Assembly (NCBI GenBank): GCA_951406725.2
Contig: OX597823.1
Location: forward strand, 30,256,001 to 30,320,000
Source: Octopus vulgaris
Lineage: Eukaryota
Direction: 5' to 3'
DNA length: 64,000 bases
Shown here one piece after another: positions 12,667-29,146 of the stretch (positions are counted from its first letter, which is position 1; each line of letters starts with the position of its first letter). Under the pieces are notes generated by a model. It was not told where the DNA came from. It did not search any database and was given only the letters and a program-made list of their open reading frames with translations. Position numbers and translations under genes: made by a program.

Positions 12667-13374
12667 GTGCATATGTGGTCGGATTGAGCTGAAAATATGC
12701 ACACCTATGTTAAAAGTGCTAGCGAGTTTGCATGGGAACTTTGAGTTTGCTCAATTGAAAGGCATGGCTTCTAGGGCAAAATTCTTCATCTTTTAAAATG
12801 TGGCCCGCTTAGAGCCGAGTGAAATCGCGTTATAATACCGAAACACGTAAAACAATAATAAACTATTTTAATCCCGAGCAAGACTGTGTATATCTGTCTA
12901 ATCTATAAAATGAAGAAGGCGAATGTTGATACAAATTGGATTTTTATGTAAAAAGGGGTCTAAATGAGGCTGGAAACGGATTAAAATTTACAGGAGTGGG
13001 TAACTTGAGGTAAGAAATTGATTTGGAGACGTTTTGGGGGCGCCATAGTGGTTGCTTTGGTGTGAAAACGGGCATTTTATTGATTTTGGGGGACACTTGG
13101 TGGCTTAGATTGGACACCTTTTGTCCGATTTCAATCAAATTTTCAACATGGTATGGTGGAAGCGGATTTGTATTTTGAGCGCGGAAATCTAATTTTTTAT
13201 AAATGGGAGATAGATAGATAGAGAAAGATAGAGAGTAAGAGAAAGCGAGGGAGAGTCCGAGAGAAAGGAGAGAGAAACAAAGAGGGTGAATGTGGCGATA
13301 AGAAACAGAAAGGAAGCAACAGAAAGTAACAACCACACCCTCACGGGCGCATAGAGCGGGTCACTTTAAGCTAG
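12015..13374 (+). mobile_element. Two tandem non-autonomous Helitron-like elements (about 12015-12900 and 12901-13374)
   Basis: Both start with tctataaaa-type ends. First ends cccgagcaagactgtgtatatctgtcta, second ends cgggcgcatagagcgggtcactttaagCTAG followed by T. The block is absent from the mirror arm and has no TSD. Confidence 0.65.
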
Positions 13375-13536
13375 TACATTATATATTTATACCTATACAT
13401 ATTTTTTATATATATTTATATTTTTAATACAACAATTATTTTACACACGTATATATCTTTCTGAAGAATTTTCTAATATTGATTTTCTGATAATAATAAT
13501 AGATCATAAAATATATATAATCGCTCGTGCGTATGT

Positions 13537-13733
<197 letters not shown>

Positions 13734-14237
13734 GTAAATATATATATGTATATATGTATGCATATACATTCACTTCATACACGCCAGCTCAATTTGATTC
13801 GTTCTCAGTCGAAAGACACCTGTTGTTATTTCTTGTTGTTTGTATTCGTAATTTTGTACCATGTTTTTTGTCTTTGTTCTTACAAAGGGGTCTAATGCTC
13901 ATAGCTTATACTTTTTGGTGGGCAACCAGATCGAACCAGATCTCAAGTGTAACTGCCCGAAATGGTCGTGACATCTGGCACTTCACTTCACGAAAGGAGG
14001 CCACGAATGATCCATCTTTTTTTTTCCTGTCCTTCTAATTGTCGTCTCTCTTGTTCACTTTTGAATCGTCTATCTGTCTGAATGTTTTTATTGTCCTCTA
14101 TTGCGTTTTTGTTCCATTTTTATATTTATATATCCATCTGTACATATATATTACTCTACCACTGGTATTTGAGTACTCTTTTTTCCATCTTGTTTCACAT
14201 TTATGTGTTAACTCCGGTATATATATATATATATATA

Positions 14238-14380
<143 letters not shown>

Positions 14381-15088
14381 CATATATGTATATGTACGTA
14401 TAAAAATTCCTTGTATGTATATTTCACACGAATTTTTGTCACTTGCAAATCACGTGCATTTGTCTCCATCAAAGTTGCTGCAATGCTAAATGAATACAAT
14501 TGGATAAAAGTCGAAGAACAAGCTTTACAAACGTAGCAGTTCTGTAACGTGTTACTGGTTATCGTATTCCAGCTCAGAATACTGATTTAGGAAATTTTAT
14601 CATATTTTTATATTTAAGTTTTGATATAGATTTTAAAGATGTAACACAATATACTTCAGATATAATTTCTTGAATTTTTTTGCACCGAATCCAATGCGAT
14701 GAAGTCAATAGATGTATATTGATATATTTACTTTAAATCTAACAGCCAAGAATTGAATTTCCTGGATATTACTTTTGAATAAATCAATATACTTTCTTAA
14801 TAAAAAGCCAATAAAAATAACTGAATTGTATCCGCAAATTCACTAGCTTTTTCAAGAATATTATTAAATATCTTTGCAATGAAATGTATCACTGAGGCTT
14901 TCTAGTGGAGACGTTTCCAGAGAGAATTTTGAACACTACAACTAACTTTCAGGAAGTGTGGAATTATCGAATAAGTAAAAGACCTAACAGAGTGAAACCT
15001 ACAAATTTCCCCCAACTAAACAAAGCAAAATACATCTTCACTGGTATAATACACGTTGCATATCACGTGTCAAAATTTGTTCTTCAAA

Positions 15089-15655
15089 TTATTACACAGG
15101 GATTTCCTGTTCTTCAACAATTACCACAAAATAATGAGCCAAAATAAATTATATTATATACGGTATTAAGGCAGAGTGCTGGAAGAATCGTTAGCACTCT
15201 GGACGAAATGCTTAGTGGTATTTCACCCGTCGCTACGTTCTGAGTTGAAATTCCACCGGGGTCAACTTTGCCTTTCATCGTTTCGGGATCGATAAATTAA
15301 GTACCAGTTACGAACTGGGGTCGATGTAATCGACTAGCCCCCTCCCTCACAAATTCAGGCCTTGTTCCTATAGTAGAAAGGATTATTACACAGAGATTTC
15401 CTGCTCTTCAACGATTATCACAAAATATTAAGCCAAAATATTATACTTGGTGTTAAGGCGGAGAGCTCGCAGTTTCGTTAGCATGTCGGGCAAAATGTTT
15501 AACGGCTTTACATTCTGAGTTCCAATTCCGCCGATGTTGACTTCGCCTTTCATCCTTTTGAAATATTTACCAGTTGCGTACTGGGGTCGGTGTAATCGAC
15601 TTATCTTCTCCGCCGAACTTTCTGGCCTTGCGCCAAAATTTGAAATCAGTATTAT
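15089..15655 (+). repeat. Tandem duplication of ~80-bp flank plus SINE family A (two units of ~290 bp)
   Basis: attattacacagggatttcctgttcttcaac at ~15089 recurs as attattacacagagatttcctgctcttcaac at 15383. Each is followed by a SINE A. Confidence 0.8.
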
Positions 15656-16124
15656 TCTCAATGGTTTTGTGGTCTGCGCAATTTTGCCCGAGTGTTACGC
15701 CAAGGGAGGTAATAACTCGAATGGAGAAATAGAGAGAAAGACAAGAGGAAGACAGGGGGACCGAGAGATACGAAACAATGAAAAATTAGAAAGAGAAAAC
15801 ACGAGAGAGAGAGAGAGAAGTGGAGAGTCTATATTATTTTGCATTTATGCGTTCAAATCGAAAGCACAGTCGAAATGCTTAACATAATGAAACAGTATCA
15901 CGGTCTATAAGTTTATGCATTAAAGATATATTGATAGCTTGTTAAATAACCAATAGCTGTGGATATTAGAGTTTTATCTTTTATGTGTTCCAGACCCAAG
16001 GCTGTGACATGCTGGGGGCGCCGCCATTGTATATCATTTTCTTACTAGGTTTAAATATTCATCGGAATTATTGGAGTAGACAGATCCATACATCGACAGA
16101 AGGAAAAATATATATGATAGTTAA

Positions 16125-16137
16125 TTAGTTAGTTAGT

Positions 16138-16198
<61 letters not shown>

Positions 16199-16265
16199 GG
16201 ATGGATGGATGGATGGATGGATGGATGGATGAATGGATGGATGGAGATGGATGGATGGATGGATG

Positions 16266-16328
<63 letters not shown>

Positions 16329-16376
16329 GGATGGATGGATGGATGGATGGATGGATGGATGGATGGACGGACGGAC

Positions 16377-16424
<48 letters not shown>

Positions 16425-16509
16425 GGATGGATGGATGGATGGATGGATGGATGGATGGATGGATGGATGGATGGATGGATAGATAGATGGATGGATGGAT
16501 GGATGGATG

Positions 16510-16576
<67 letters not shown>
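16125..16576. repeat. Compound (GATA)n/(GATG)n microsatellite
   Basis: Direct inspection. Confidence 0.95.
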
Positions 16577-16577
<1 letters not shown>

Positions 16578-16761
16578 CGTAAAACAACCCAACATCGGTT
16601 GTCAAGCGGTGGTGGGGACAAACACAGCGCACATGCACGCACACATATATTAATGTTTGCTTTTATGTTCGGTTACAATAAAAACAATTTTTACCGTCCT
16701 ATAATGGCTTAGTTGGCCGAAACTTCGAAGTTAGTAGCAAGGATATACTTGTTTAAGAATA

Positions 16762-16842
<81 letters not shown>

Positions 16843-17200
16843 GCAGGAGGTGGTGGTCCCTGCTGTACTCTTTCACCACTCTTTCTCCCACTCTTTCTTC
16901 TGTTGGCCTGCTCGCTTAGCCAGCGGGGTGGCGTCATTCGAAGGCTAAAACAATGCGAACGCAGTGTGACCAGCGATGTGTAACAACATCTGATGGTCTG
17001 GTCGGTCACGTGATCACGTGATATATATACATATATATACAATTGGCTTTTTTCAGTTTCCGACAACCAAATCCACTCACAAAGCTTTGGTCGGCCCGAG
17101 GTTATAATAGAAAACACTTTACCAAGGTGCCACGCAGTGGGACTAAACACGGAACCATGTGGTTGGGAAGCAAGCTTCTTACCACTAAGCCACGCCTATA
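16577..17200 (-). mobile_element. SINE family B (tRNA head, core ccttgtgagtggatttggtagacggaaactgaaagaagcc, internal microsatellite) with nested insertions
   Basis: Head at 17040-17197, tail piece at 16577-16625, unrelated insert at 16840-17020. Confidence 0.75.
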
Positions 17201-17749
17201 TGTGAATAAGTTGTGTTTTTAAAATTTATCTTTTATTTCTTTAAACTATAAAAAGTATCCCCCATCTTTCAAACATATTAACAGACATCGATTATATTCA
17301 AAAATACAGTTTGAGATTAAATGGTGGGGTTTCAAAAGAACGTTTTTGAAATTTTTTGCTTGTGTTTAACATATTAACATCATGCTTTCGAACATGCTGA
17401 CTTACACCGTGGAATTTCTACGGATCCGCTACTATTATTTCACCATCTGTAATTCCTTACAAATGTTTAGATCCAATCTAAATTCCGAAACAAAATGACA
17501 ACTAAAACACATGTAACTTCAGCTGCGCCAATTCCAACATCTGCCGTTTCCAGGGAAAATTCCAAGCAACGGAATTTCCCAATATGTTACGGTTAAAACT
17601 ATCAGTTTTCCTTCGTCTACTGAATTAACCTCCAAATCTCAACAAAAAAAAAATGATTGCATTTAGCCATTATTCATTTCGTTTCTTTGTATTCCAAGCA
17701 GAATGGCTTCATCTTTTTTTTATCTTTGTAACTATGGTCTCTAAATATT

Positions 17750-17982
17750 TATTTCTTTATTGCCCACAAGAGGCTAAACATAGAGGGGACAAACAAGGAC
17801 AGACAAAGGGATTAAGTCGATTATATCGACCCCAGTGCCTAACTGTCATTTATTTAATCGACCCCGAAAGGATGAAAGGTAAAGTCGACCACGGCGGAAT
17901 TTGAACTCAGAACGTCGCGACGGGCGAAATACCGCTAAGCATTCCGTTCAGCAAGCTAACAATTTTTCCAGCTTGCTGCCTT
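17750..17982 (-). mobile_element. SINE family A
   Basis: Core and tRNA-like head in reverse orientation. Confidence 0.85.
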
Positions 17983-18308
17983 TTCTAAATTAGTTTTGAT
18001 ATCAAAGGGACGAAATGGTCTCTAAATATTTCAAACATACTAAACTAAGGCTAAGTACTTTGTACTTTAGAATCATGCAAAAGTAGATTTTCCAACCTCC
18101 AACAATTCATTAACTGTGCCGAGAGAATTTCGATTTACAGGCATCTGATTCCAACAAAATTTAAAATATTCCAAGCCTATAAACTTTTCAAATACGTAAC
18201 CCTTACATCTTTTTTTCTGAGCCAGCGCTAATCCTTCCTCCAAAATATATTACAAATCGTTAGCTTATCTTATTTATCCATTTACTCTGAAGATTAAGCT
18301 CAACTATA

Positions 18309-19112
18309 AAGCTGGCAGAATCGTTAGCACGCCGGGCGAAATGCTTAGCGGTATTTCGTCTGCCGCTACGTTCTGAGTTCAAATTCCGCCGAGTTCGACT
18401 TTGCCTTTCATCCTTTCGGGGTCGATTAAATAAGTACCAGTTACCAGTTAACCCGTTTGTCTGTCCTTGTTTGTCCTCTCTGTGTTTAGCCCCTTGTGAG
18501 TAGTAAAGAAATACGTATTTCGTCAGCCGCTACGTTCTAAGTTCAAATTCCACCGAGGTCGACTTTGCCTTTCATCCTTCCGGGGTCGATAAGTTAAGTA
18601 CCAGTTAGGCACTGGGGTACATATAATCGACTTAATCCCTTTGTCTGTCCTTGTTTGTCTTCTCCATATTTAGCCCCCTGTGGGCATTAAAGAAATAAGA
18701 AACGTTAGCACGCCGAGTAAAATGTTTAGCGGTCTGTCTTTACGTTCTGAGTTCAAATTCCAAAGGCCGACTTTGCCTTTCATGCTTTCGGAGTCTATAA
18801 ATTAAGTACCAGTTGCGTACTGGAGTCGATCTATCGACTGGCCCCTCCCCCACAATTTAGGGCCTTGTGCCTTGAGTAAAAAAAAGGATACATCACTATA
18901 GATATTGCTTTCAAATTTCGGTACAAGGACAACAATTTCGGGGGAGGGGTAAGTCAATTAAGTCAACCCCACTGTTCAACTGGTGCTTATTCTATGAACC
19001 TCGGAAGGTAACGTCGGCCCCGGCGGCATTTGAACTCAGAACGTAAAGTCGGAAGAAATTCCGTTAGCCCTTTTTTTTCCGGCGTGGTAACGGTTCTGCC
19101 ATTTCACCACCT
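18309..19112. mobile_element. Cluster of SINE family A: three tandem plus-strand units, then one inverted copy (18905-19112)
   Basis: Repeated ctgagttcaaattcc..gactttgcctttcatcc cores. The last copy is reverse complement. Confidence 0.85.
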
Positions 19113-19224
19113 TATGTTTCCTTATAAATGTTACATGTTTATCATTTTTATATCGCTTATCCATGTACATTGTTATTTATTCGATACTGATGATGATGAT
19201 GATAATGGTTCCATTGTCAATTCT

Positions 19225-20028
19225 AAAGATGAGTGTTCACCAATTCGATCATCGGAACTGCTTACAAATGGAATTAACGTGTAAGTGGCTGAGTATTCCA
19301 AATATAAGTATACCTTTAATGTAATTCTCAGGCTCAATGAACGTGACACTACGTGACAATGCTACACTTTTGAATTACGGACACAACCCAAGCAGCTTCC
19401 GTCTCCCTTAATTTCACTCATAAGTTTGAGGTCAACCTGATGTTATGTGAAAACATAGTTGACCGAGATACCATACAATAAGATCAAACGTGAACCCTCG
19501 TGAATGTGAAACAAATTTCTGAACCGCTCAGCCATACCTACGTCCATTTATGATGTTCATTATATTCTCACTGTTGTCATTCGTTATTTTAATTGGTATT
19601 TGTTAATTACGCTAGAGACAGTTTCTTAATTCGATATTATTATGTGCGCAATTGTCTAAATTCTGTAGAGACAGCGATTTTCATGTAACTGACGTGTGTT
19701 GTAATTTTATTCTATCAATGCATATACTCTTTTATTAGTTTACATAAGTACCACCAGCATGTCTTAATTATGCCGTGTAGAATTAAATGGGATAAGAGAA
19801 TCGACATTAGTGGATTCTGAATGTTAATCCGTTTCGACATATAGTGAACAATATATTGAAAGGGTCAGCCTCTGGACACATTCTGTGTCACGCTGAATCT
19901 CTCAGAGAACTATGTTAAGGGTACGCGTGTCTGTGGAATTCTCAGCCACTTGCTCGTTAATTTCATGAGCAGGTTGTTCCGTTGATCGGATCAACTGGAA
20001 CTCTCGTCGTCGTAAGCGACGGAGTACC
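19225..20028. mobile_element. Two convergent copies of another short interspersed repeat (19225-19378 +, 19855-20028 -)
   Basis: aattaacgtgtaagtggctgagtattcca versus the reverse complement of tggaattctcagccacttgctcgttaatt. Confidence 0.6.
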
Positions 20029-20034
20029 ATATAT

Positions 20035-20162
<128 letters not shown>

Positions 20163-20502
20163 CGGATCTAGTCCGTTTGGTTGCCAGCATCAATTCTATT
20201 CGAATTCATATTCAGTGTAACGATATACTTTTATAGGCTAATGAATGGCGTGAAAATCATTTTCGTTATAAATCAATAAATAGTTAGTAGTAATGGAAGT
20301 TTGAAAATTTTGGGTAATTTTAGCCAATCGCAAGCTATAGACACATTCATACCTGTTTCCATAGTAACAAGCGGAACATGAAAACTCTTTTGTCCGCGAG
20401 TAAGCACATGTTAACAAATATATTGAAACCACTTGTTTACTCATCTGTTGACAACTAAGCATGTGAATTTATTGCAGACAGACAGACTGACATCAGAGAA
20501 GC

Positions 20503-20585
<83 letters not shown>

Positions 20586-21371
20586 CAGACAAATAGACAG
20601 ACAGACAGATCGATAGATCGATAAATATAGATTCCTGTACTAAGTTACCTCGTTCACTGCTAAACTATATAATAAAATACATGAAATATAATAAGGCGGC
20701 CACAGTCCATTCAAAATACAAAAATTAATCTAATTTAAATTCTTTTCTACTCTAGGCAAAGGCCCGATATTTTGGGTGGGAGGGGCTTAGTCAATTCGAT
20801 CGACACTAGTACGCAACTAGTACTTAATTTATCGACTCTGGAATGACGAAAGGCAAAGTCGACCTCGGCGGAATTTGAACTCAGAACGTAGCGGCAGACG
20901 AAATACCGCTAAGCGCCCCACCCGGCGCGCTAAAATTCCAAGTATTATCACTTATTTTGTATCATCCTACACCCAGTTTAGTAATACTATTGTTTATATT
21001 CGTCGCCATTCTACTACAGTCACCTTGACCTCACAAAATCAACCAAGTCGATCTCACCACACCTTTTTTTTTTATCCTTCCTCATTTCTATACAATTCGG
21101 ACAATATATTTACAAACGTGCCCCTCCCTTATTTGTCCTCTTTCTATCACCAGCTCCTATGACTCTAAGCTTTCTATTTTTAGCTTCTTTTGTTGTCCTA
21201 TCCCCTTCTGGTCTATTCATAATCATCATTTACGCAATACTATTTTTAGCCACCACACCATAAAGACAGTACAACATATATATATATATTCTTTTCTTTT
21301 TTTTCTTTTATTTCTTTCCGTCATTTGACTGCGGCCATGCTGGGGCACCACCTTTTAGTCGAGCAAATATA

Positions 21372-21456
<85 letters not shown>

Positions 21457-21541
21457 TAGAGAGAGAGGGAGAGAGAGAAAGATTACAGTGCAATACAGCT
21501 GTTGTTACCTCCTCTCTCTCTCTCTCTCGCTATATATATAC

Positions 21542-22097
<556 letters not shown>

Positions 22098-22335
22098 CTA
22101 TATTGTTTATCTTTATTATTTTTGGATTTTCCTTTACTTTCACTCTGCGGCGCTTGTATTCACAAAATTTAGACTATTCTTTAAGTCACAAATTGGGTCA
22201 CACGAATGACATGATATGTTTGGAAAGAGATCATAGAGCAATGCCTTATATATCCCATTTAACTCATTTCATTCTTACACCTATTTATTATACTCGGTCT
22301 ACAAACACCAGTTTGCACAATCTAGGTATTTTTAT

Positions 22336-22573
22336 TGTTGTATTTGGGGATGGCCATATTATTATTATTTTTATTTTATTTATTTTTTTGCCAAATAAAC
22401 ACATGCACTTTGTATTTGTTCTTCACTCGTTTATTACTGTTCTTATTTTAAGTCATGTCCATTGTCCGGAAATCTTTCGTCACACACCTGAGACCTCTTC
22501 AGCGACACTTTTCGTTTTCGTGTGTGCACTTGTTCCACTTACCCCATTTTGCTCTTCTAAGATGTCTATTTAG
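22336..22573 (-). mobile_element. ~240-bp hammerhead-bearing insertion (Penelope pseudo-LTR-like)
   Basis: Absent from the mirror arm, where ctaggtatttttatttcccatata is contiguous at ~24424-24446. Confidence 0.7.
22463..22507 (-). ncRNA. Candidate minimal type I hammerhead ribozyme
   Basis: tgtcg-CTGAAGA-g-gtc(tcaggtgtgt)gac-GAAA-gatt-TC-cggaca. Stem I has a single bulge. Confidence 0.6.
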
Positions 22574-24738
22574 TTCCCATATAATCTCGATGTAAAAAAA
22601 AAAACATTATTTCATTATATAACATTTCACGTAATTTTTATCTTTCACTCTTTTTAACTATTTACCTATCCAACCATTTATTCATGTCCAAATTTTCGTT
22701 AATCCGACTGTATCTCTTCTTCCTGATTAATTCCAAAATTTGAAACAAGGCCAGAAACTTCGGAGACGACGAGAGTCGATTATTTTCCCTAATTAATAAT
22801 TAATAAAATCCTAATTAATAAAATCTTTAAAGAGTTTGTTCCGAACACCTTTCATCCCTGAAGAGATGATAAAATAAGAATCAGCTTAGCACTGGCATCA
22901 ATGTAATTGAATTCCTCCTTCCCTCAAAATATCTGGCATTGTACCAAAATTCGAAAGGATATTTTATTGTTTTAAAATATTTGAAGGATTATTTTGTTTT
23001 ATCAGTTGAGTGTCTTAAAAGCGATTTTGTTTTCTTAATCGAAGTCTGATTTCTTTATACTCCAACGTTTTTCACTTTGCCTTTGACTTAATTCCATCAT
23101 TACATTAATGCCTTGACCTAATTTTAGCAAACACTTATTCCCTAATTTATTGGCTGGCCAACGGTGTCAATGGAGGAGGTACGCCTATTACATTGGCCAC
23201 AATGTTCAACTGGTATTTATTTAATTGACCCCCGAAAGGATGGAAGGCAAAGTTGACCTCGGCGTATTTTCAACAGAGAAAGATGAAGGGAAATGCTGTT
23301 CAGCATTATGCCCGGTACAGTAACATTTCTGCCACCTCACCGCCTTACCCCAAATTTATTGATCAATAACATAATATCAATTATTTTCGTAATTAATTTA
23401 AGTAATTTCTTACCTGTTTACTCTTCTTCACTAATATTTATTCCATTCATCTTTTATAATTAAATGTGTTAAAATGTCCGAACTTGCATTAAAATTCTTC
23501 TCTTCTGATATGAAAACAATTTACAACGCTACTTAATTACTTCCTTTTATTCAGAAATCTAACTTCACTTTATGGAACATCTTAGATTTTTTAATTCTCC
23601 TCTCACGTTCTGTCTTTACCAAGACTCCCGCTCACATTTCTCTTTTCTGCTCTTATTGATCAATAAATTTGGGGTAAGGCGGCGAGGTGGCACAAATGTT
23701 ACTGCTTAACGGCATTTCCCTTCATCTTTATGTTCTCAGTTGAAAATACGCCGAGGTCAACTTTGCCTTCCATCCTTTCGGGGTCGATTAAATAAGTACC
23801 AGCTGAACATTGTGGTCAATGTAATAGGCGTACCTCCTTCATCGATACTGTTGGCCTTGTGTCAAAGTTCGAAGCCAATAAATTAGGGAATAAGTGTTTG
23901 CTATAATTAGGTTAAGGCATTAATGTAATGATGGAATTAAGTCAAATGCAAAGTGAAAAACGTTGGAGTATAAAGAAATCAGACTTCGATTAAGAAAACA
24001 AAATCGTTTTAAAGACAATCAGCTGATAAAACAAAATAATCCTTCAGATATTGGAAAAAGAAAATATTTTAAAACAATATAAGATCCTTTCGAATTTTGG
24101 TACAATGCCAGGCATTTTGAGGGAAAGAAGAGCCAGTGCTAAGCTGATTCTTATTTTATCAATGTCTTCAGGGATGAAAGGTGTACTAATTAGGATTTTA
24201 TTAATTATTAATTAGAAAAAATAATCGACTTACGTCGTCTCCGATATTTCTGGCCGTGTTTCAAATTTTGGAATTAATCAGGAAGAAGAGATACAGTCGG
24301 ATTAACGAAAATTTGGACAGGAATAAATGGTTGGATAGGTAAATAGTTAAAAAGCGTGAAGGATAAAAATAACGTGAAATGTTAAATAATGATATAATGC
24401 TTTTTTTTTTTTAAATCGAGGTTATATGGGAAATAAAAATACCTAGATTGTGCAAGTGGATGTTTGTAGATCGAGTATTATAAATAGGTATAAGAATGAG
24501 ATGAATTAAATTGGATATATAAGGCATCATTCTATGATTCTTTTCCAAAGATATTATGTCATTTCTGTGACCCAAATTGAGAATTAAGGAATAGTCTAAC
24601 TTTTGTGAACATAAGCGCTGCAGTATGAAAGTAAGAGAAATTCAGAAATAATAAAGATAAACAATGATTATATTTGTATGTATGTAGAGAGAAGGTAACA
24701 ACAGCTATACATATTGTACTGTAATTTCTCTCTCTCAC

Positions 24739-24773
<35 letters not shown>

Positions 24774-24822
24774 CATACATACATACATACATACATACAT
24801 ACATACATACATTCATACATAC

Positions 24823-24869
<47 letters not shown>

Positions 24870-24950
24870 ACTGTAATTTCCAAAATTCGAATAATTCACA
24901 ATTCTGAAACATGCCTGGTTTCAATGTTTTGGATATGAAATTGTGAACCC

Positions 24951-25055
<105 letters not shown>

Positions 25056-25074
25056 ATAGTAGTAGTAATAGTAA

Positions 25075-25130
<56 letters not shown>

Positions 25131-26120
25131 AACGTACAAGCATTGGTGGTATGACTAAGATAGGTGAACGGTTTTTATGGTGCGGTAGCTAAAAATAGTA
25201 TTGCGTAAATGATGATTATGAATAGACCAGAAGGGGATAGGACAACAAAAGAAGCTAAAAATAGAAAGCTTAAAGTCATAGGAGCTGGTGATAGAAAGAG
25301 GACAAATAAGGGAGGGGCAGCGTTTGTAAATATATTGTCCGAATTGTATAGAAATGAGGAAGGATAAAAAAAAAAGGTGTGGTGAGATCGACTTGGTTGA
25401 TTTTGTGAGGTCAAGGTGACTGTAGTAGAATGGCGACGAATATAAACAATAGTGTTACTAAACTGGGTGTAGGATGATACAAAATAAGTGATAATACTTG
25501 GAATTTTAGCGCGCCGGGTGGGGCGCTTAGTGGTATTTCGTCTGCCGCTACGTTCTGAGTTCAAATTCCGCCGAGGTCGACTTTGCCTTTCGTCATTCCA
25601 GAGTCGATAAATAAAGTACCAGATGCGTACAAGTATCGATCGAATCGACTGGGCCCCTCCCACCCAAAATATCGGGCCTTTGCCTAGAGTAGAAAAGAAT
25701 TTAAATTAGATTAATTTTTGTATTTTGAATTGACTGTGGCCGCCTTATTATATTTCATGTATTTTATTATATAGTTCTCATTTGGAGGGAATATTTAGCT
25801 GTGAACGAGGTAATTTAGTGGTGACATTTAGTAGAGATGACCCGGAAGTTGTTCCTCTTCGATTACTATAGCAAACAGCAGTTGCTTTCTTCAACTGAAT
25901 ACATGTCGTTGGTTGGTTAAAATTACCCAAATACGACAACTTTAACACGAAATAACTTCTAAAATACGAAATTTTGTCAAAAATGTTGAAAGTGAACCGA
26001 GTTGAGCGTGAGAAATTACACCAGTATACCAAGTTTCAAACTGTTTAGTTAATTAAAAAAAATAATTAAAAGATCTGTGAGCGAAACTAAACAGATCCCG
26101 AAAATAACTGATGTTAAATA

Positions 26121-26218
<98 letters not shown>

Positions 26219-26373
26219 GAGTGACTGTGTGGTAAGTAGCTTGCTAACCAACCACATGGTTCCGGGTTCAGTCCCACCGCGTGGCATCTTGGGCAAGTGT
26301 CTTCTGCTATAGCCTCGGGCCGACCAAAGCCTTGTGAGTGGATTTGGTAGACGGAAATTGAAAGAAGCCTGTC

Positions 26374-26433
<60 letters not shown>

Positions 26434-26646
26434 ATGTGTGTGTATATGTTTGTCTGTGTTTGTCCCTCTAGCATTGCTTGACAACCGATGCTGGTGTGTT
26501 TACGTCCCCGTCACTTAGCGGTTCGGCAAAAGAGACCGATAGAATAAGTACTGGGCTTACAAAGAATAAGTGCCGGGGTCGATTTGCTCGACTAAAGGCG
26601 GTGCTCCAGCATGGCCGCAGTCAAATGACTGAAACAAGTAAAAGAG
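26219..26646 (+). mobile_element. SINE family B, full length, within (GATA)n
   Basis: A-box and B-box-like head (gtgtggtaagtagc, ggttcagtcc), core and tail. Confidence 0.92.
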
Positions 26647-26709
<63 letters not shown>

Positions 26710-26723
26710 GTAGATAGATAGAC

Positions 26724-26798
<75 letters not shown>

Positions 26799-27269
26799 CA
26801 GATAGAGTGATAGGTAGATTGACTGATAGATAGATAGATGGAAATAGCTAGATAGATAGATAAATAGACAGATAGAGACAAACAGACCCTTACCTCAATT
26901 ATCTTACATGCTCAATCGCCCAGCATCAACTTGTAATAAATAATAATTATATTCTTATATTCTTATATAATACATCCATTTACAGCTACTTTTACTTCTC
27001 TAATAGACTGATGATTAATCTTATCAGCTTTCCTCATTCATTTATCATTTATTCATTTAGACATTTTCTCATTTCATTCCTTTCTATATTTACGCACATT
27101 TCTAGCTATGAACTTGTTAGTGTTTTTTTTTATTCCTTCTTTATTTAGAATCCGCATCAACCAAACAATCTATTTTCAACCACCTCCCACATGATCTCAT
27201 AGGAATCACTCAGACATGTCCTGCAGAATTTTAGCAAATTATCAACTAAATTATTATTATTATCATTAT

Positions 27270-28830
<1,561 letters not shown>

Positions 28831-28888
28831 TGAAGCGGGGTGTGGTGGGGAAAAATATGACAGAATCGTTATAGCTTCGAAAGTACCA

Positions 28889-28964
28889 ATATCATCATCA
28901 TCATCATTATCATTATTATTATTATTATTATTGTCGTCGTTGTTGTTGTTGCTGTTGTTGTTGT

Positions 28965-28996
<32 letters not shown>

Positions 28997-29113
28997 CTGT
29001 TGTTGTTGTTGTTGCTGCTGTTGCTGCAGCAGTTGTTCCTGTTGTTGCTATTGCTGCTGCTACTGTTGCTCTTGTTGTTGCTGCTGCTTCTGCTGCTGTT
29101 GTTGCTGCTGCAT

Positions 29114-29146
<33 letters not shown>

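Larger units (their letters stand above)
11450..13528. repeat. Palindromic (fold-back) element centred at ~11820; right arm split by a Helitron insertion
   Basis: 11627-11816 pairs with 11824-12013, and 11450-11622 pairs with 13375-13528. Loop agtggtg. Confidence 0.9.

Noticed and set aside
13910-13980. gggca..tgccc-GAAA-tg..ca-TC hammerhead half
   Set aside because: The CUGANGA box and stem I are missing. It may be a decayed Penelope-type repeat but cannot be supported as a ribozyme.
18309-18392. tRNA-like A and B boxes
   Set aside because: These are SINE heads and do not form a full cloverleaf.
22855-22900. CTGAAGA motifs here and at 13461 and 11514
   Set aside because: No stem II or GAAA in the correct arrangement.
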